In this document: piece after piece, positions 62,574 through 64,000 of the stretch
Position numbering within the stretch: the first letter of the stretch is position 1
Layout: the number at the start of each line of letters is the position of its first letter
Source of the DNA: an uncultured Verrucomicrobiae bacterium
GTDB lineage: Bacteria > Verrucomicrobiota > Verrucomicrobiia > Limisphaerales > JAFGQR01
Assembly (NCBI GenBank): GCA_963788655.1
Contig: CAWBHS010000062.1
Coordinates: forward strand, 137,287 to 201,286
Reading direction: 5' to 3'
DNA: 64,000 nucleotides
The notes under the pieces: model-generated
The model's input: only the letters and a program-made list of their open reading frames with translations
Database searches by the model: none
What the model was told of the DNA's origin: nothing
Position numbers and translations under genes: made by a program

Positions 62574-64000
62574 ACGGCCGCCGGATTGTGATTGTCGGCG
62601 GAGTGGCCGGAGGTGCCAGTGCAGCCGCCCGAGCGCGCAGGTTGTGCGAAGATTGCGAAATCATCGTTTTCGAGCGCGGCCCCCACGTATCGTTTGCCAA
62701 CTGCGGTTTGCCATACTTTGTCGGCGGCGAAATTGTACGGCAGGATGATTTGCTGCTGCAAACGCCGCAAAGCCTGCGCGCCCGTTTTAACCTGGATGTT
62801 CGCGTATGCACGGAAGTGGTGTCCATTGACCGGGCGGGGCACCGCGTCAAGGTGCGGGAAATCAACACCGGCAAGGAATTCGATCAGCCCTATGATTCGT
62901 TGGTGCTTTCCACGGGAGCTTCACCGCTGCTGCCGCCCATTCCCGGCATCCAGCGCCCGGGCCATTTTACGGTGCGCAACATTCCCGACGTGGAAAAGAT
63001 AACCGCGTGGACCAAAGGAATTCCAGCGGGCCGCGCGGTGGTGATTGGCGGCGGCTACATCGGTCTGGAAATGGCCGAGCAATTGAACCGGCGCGGTTTG
63101 TCGGTGGCGCTGGTGGAAGCCTTGCCGCAAGTGATGGCGCCGCTGGATCCCGAAATGGCCGCGTGGTTGCACCAGGAACTGCGCGCCAACGCGGTGGAGT
63201 TGCACCTGAATGATCCGGTGGCGGCTTTTGAAAAACCGGCAGTTGGCGAAGAAGCCGGCGCATCGGTGGTAGTTTTGAAAAGCGGTAAGCGCTTGCCGGC
63301 GGACATCGTCATCCTGGGCTTGGGCGTGCGCCCGGAAGCCGGCTTGGCCAAAGCCGCGGGCTTGGAACTAGGCAAGTTGGGTGGCATCCGCGTGAACGAT
63401 CGCATGCAAACCAACGACCCGGATGTGTGGGCCGTGGGCGATGCGGTTGAAGTGCGCGACGCAATTACCGGCGACTGGAGTCTTATCCCACTGGCCGGTC
63501 CAGCCAACCGACAGGGGCGCATCGCGGCTGACAATCTGATCGGTCGCGATTCCCGCTACGAAGGCACGTTTGGCACCGCGATTTTGCGGCTGTTTGGTTT
63601 AAGCGTGGGTTGCACTGGGGCCAGCGAAAAAGCCCTGAAACGCGTCGGCAAACCGTACCAGGTTCTGCACTTACATCCCGGTTCGCACGCCGGCTATTAT
63701 CCTGGTGCTGCTCCAATTGCGATGAAAGTTCTGTTCGCTCCGGACACCGGCAAATTACTGGGCGCCCAGGCCGTTGGCCGTGATGGCGTGGACAAACGCA
63801 TCGACGTGTTGGCCACTGCGTTGAAGGCCGGCATGACGATGCATGACTTGGCGGATTTGGAACTGGCTTATGCGCCGCCGTACGGTTCGGCCAAAGATCC
63901 CGTTAATCTCGCCGGCATGGCGGCAACCAACGTCCTGGATGGTCTGGTGGAACTGGCGCAATGGCACGAAATTGCCGGACTCGATCCAGCGAAAACCCTC
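62570..64000 (+). CDS. CoA-disulfide/persulfide reductase-like flavoprotein (3' end outside window; absent from the ORF track)
   Basis: Manual translation: MNGRRIVIVGGVAGGASAAARARR...SFANCGLPY, GGGYIGLE, LAYAPPYGSAKDPVN; frame continues beyond the core, as in rhodanese-fused forms. Confidence 0.9.
   Translation, partial: MNGRRIVIVGGVAGGASAAARARRLCEDCEIIVFERGPHVSFANCGLPYFVGGEIVRQDDLLLQTPQSLRARFNLDVRVCTEVVSIDRAGHRVKVREINTGKEFDQPYDSLVLSTGASPLLPPIPGIQRPGHFTVRNIPDVEKITAWTKGIPAGRAVVIGGGYIGLEMAEQLNRRGLSVALVEALPQVMAPLDPEMAAWLHQELRANAVELHLNDPVAAFEKPAVGEEAGASVVVLKSGKRLPADIVILGLGVRPEAGLAKAAGLELGKLGGIRVNDRMQTNDPDVWAVGDAVEVRDAITGDWSLIPLAGPANRQGRIAADNLIGRDSRYEGTFGTAILRLFGLSVGCTGASEKALKRVGKPYQVLHLHPGSHAGYYPGAAPIAMKVLFAPDTGKLLGAQAVGRDGVDKRIDVLATALKAGMTMHDLADLELAYAPPYGSAKDPVNLAGMAATNVLDGLVELAQWHEIAGLDPAKTL

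Overview
GC-rich bacterial chromosome segment. The gene content and repeat families suggest Verrucomicrobiota subdivision 3 (Pedosphaera/Limisphaera-like); this is an inference. More than 20 single-base frameshifts occur, including in rplI, rpsF and pth, so they look like unpolished long-read errors rather than pseudogenes. The first third holds a CusR/CzcR-like two-component pair, a cupin, a secreted papain-fold protease, an AI-2E transporter, proC, an mlaE/F/D-like operon, an M28 peptidase, a Tat TIM-barrel isomerase, a tmk-tmk-ROK operon and prs-rplY-pth-rpsF-ssb-rplI. The middle holds an O-antigen-ligase/TPR protein, a CBM-GH-A enzyme, Gfo/Idh/MocA and HEAT proteins, efp, a serine-hydrolase fusion, a RAYT-like HUH transposase and a 2231-aa LTD/CotH protein. 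The last third holds hypFCDE, a complex I-like operon, a DUF433/PIN toxin-antitoxin pair, a zf-HC2 protein and a CoA-disulfide reductase that runs off the window. Most notable: (1) the complex I-like operon lacks NuoEFG and has four antiporter-like subunits; (2) at least five palindromic REP/MITE-like families are present, some inserted in-frame in genes (hypF, HEAT protein); (3) the MlaF-like ATPase has lost its catalytic motifs; (4) Thr/Ser-Asn motifs are strongly enriched in exported protein regions. No rRNA, tRNA or CRISPR array was seen.
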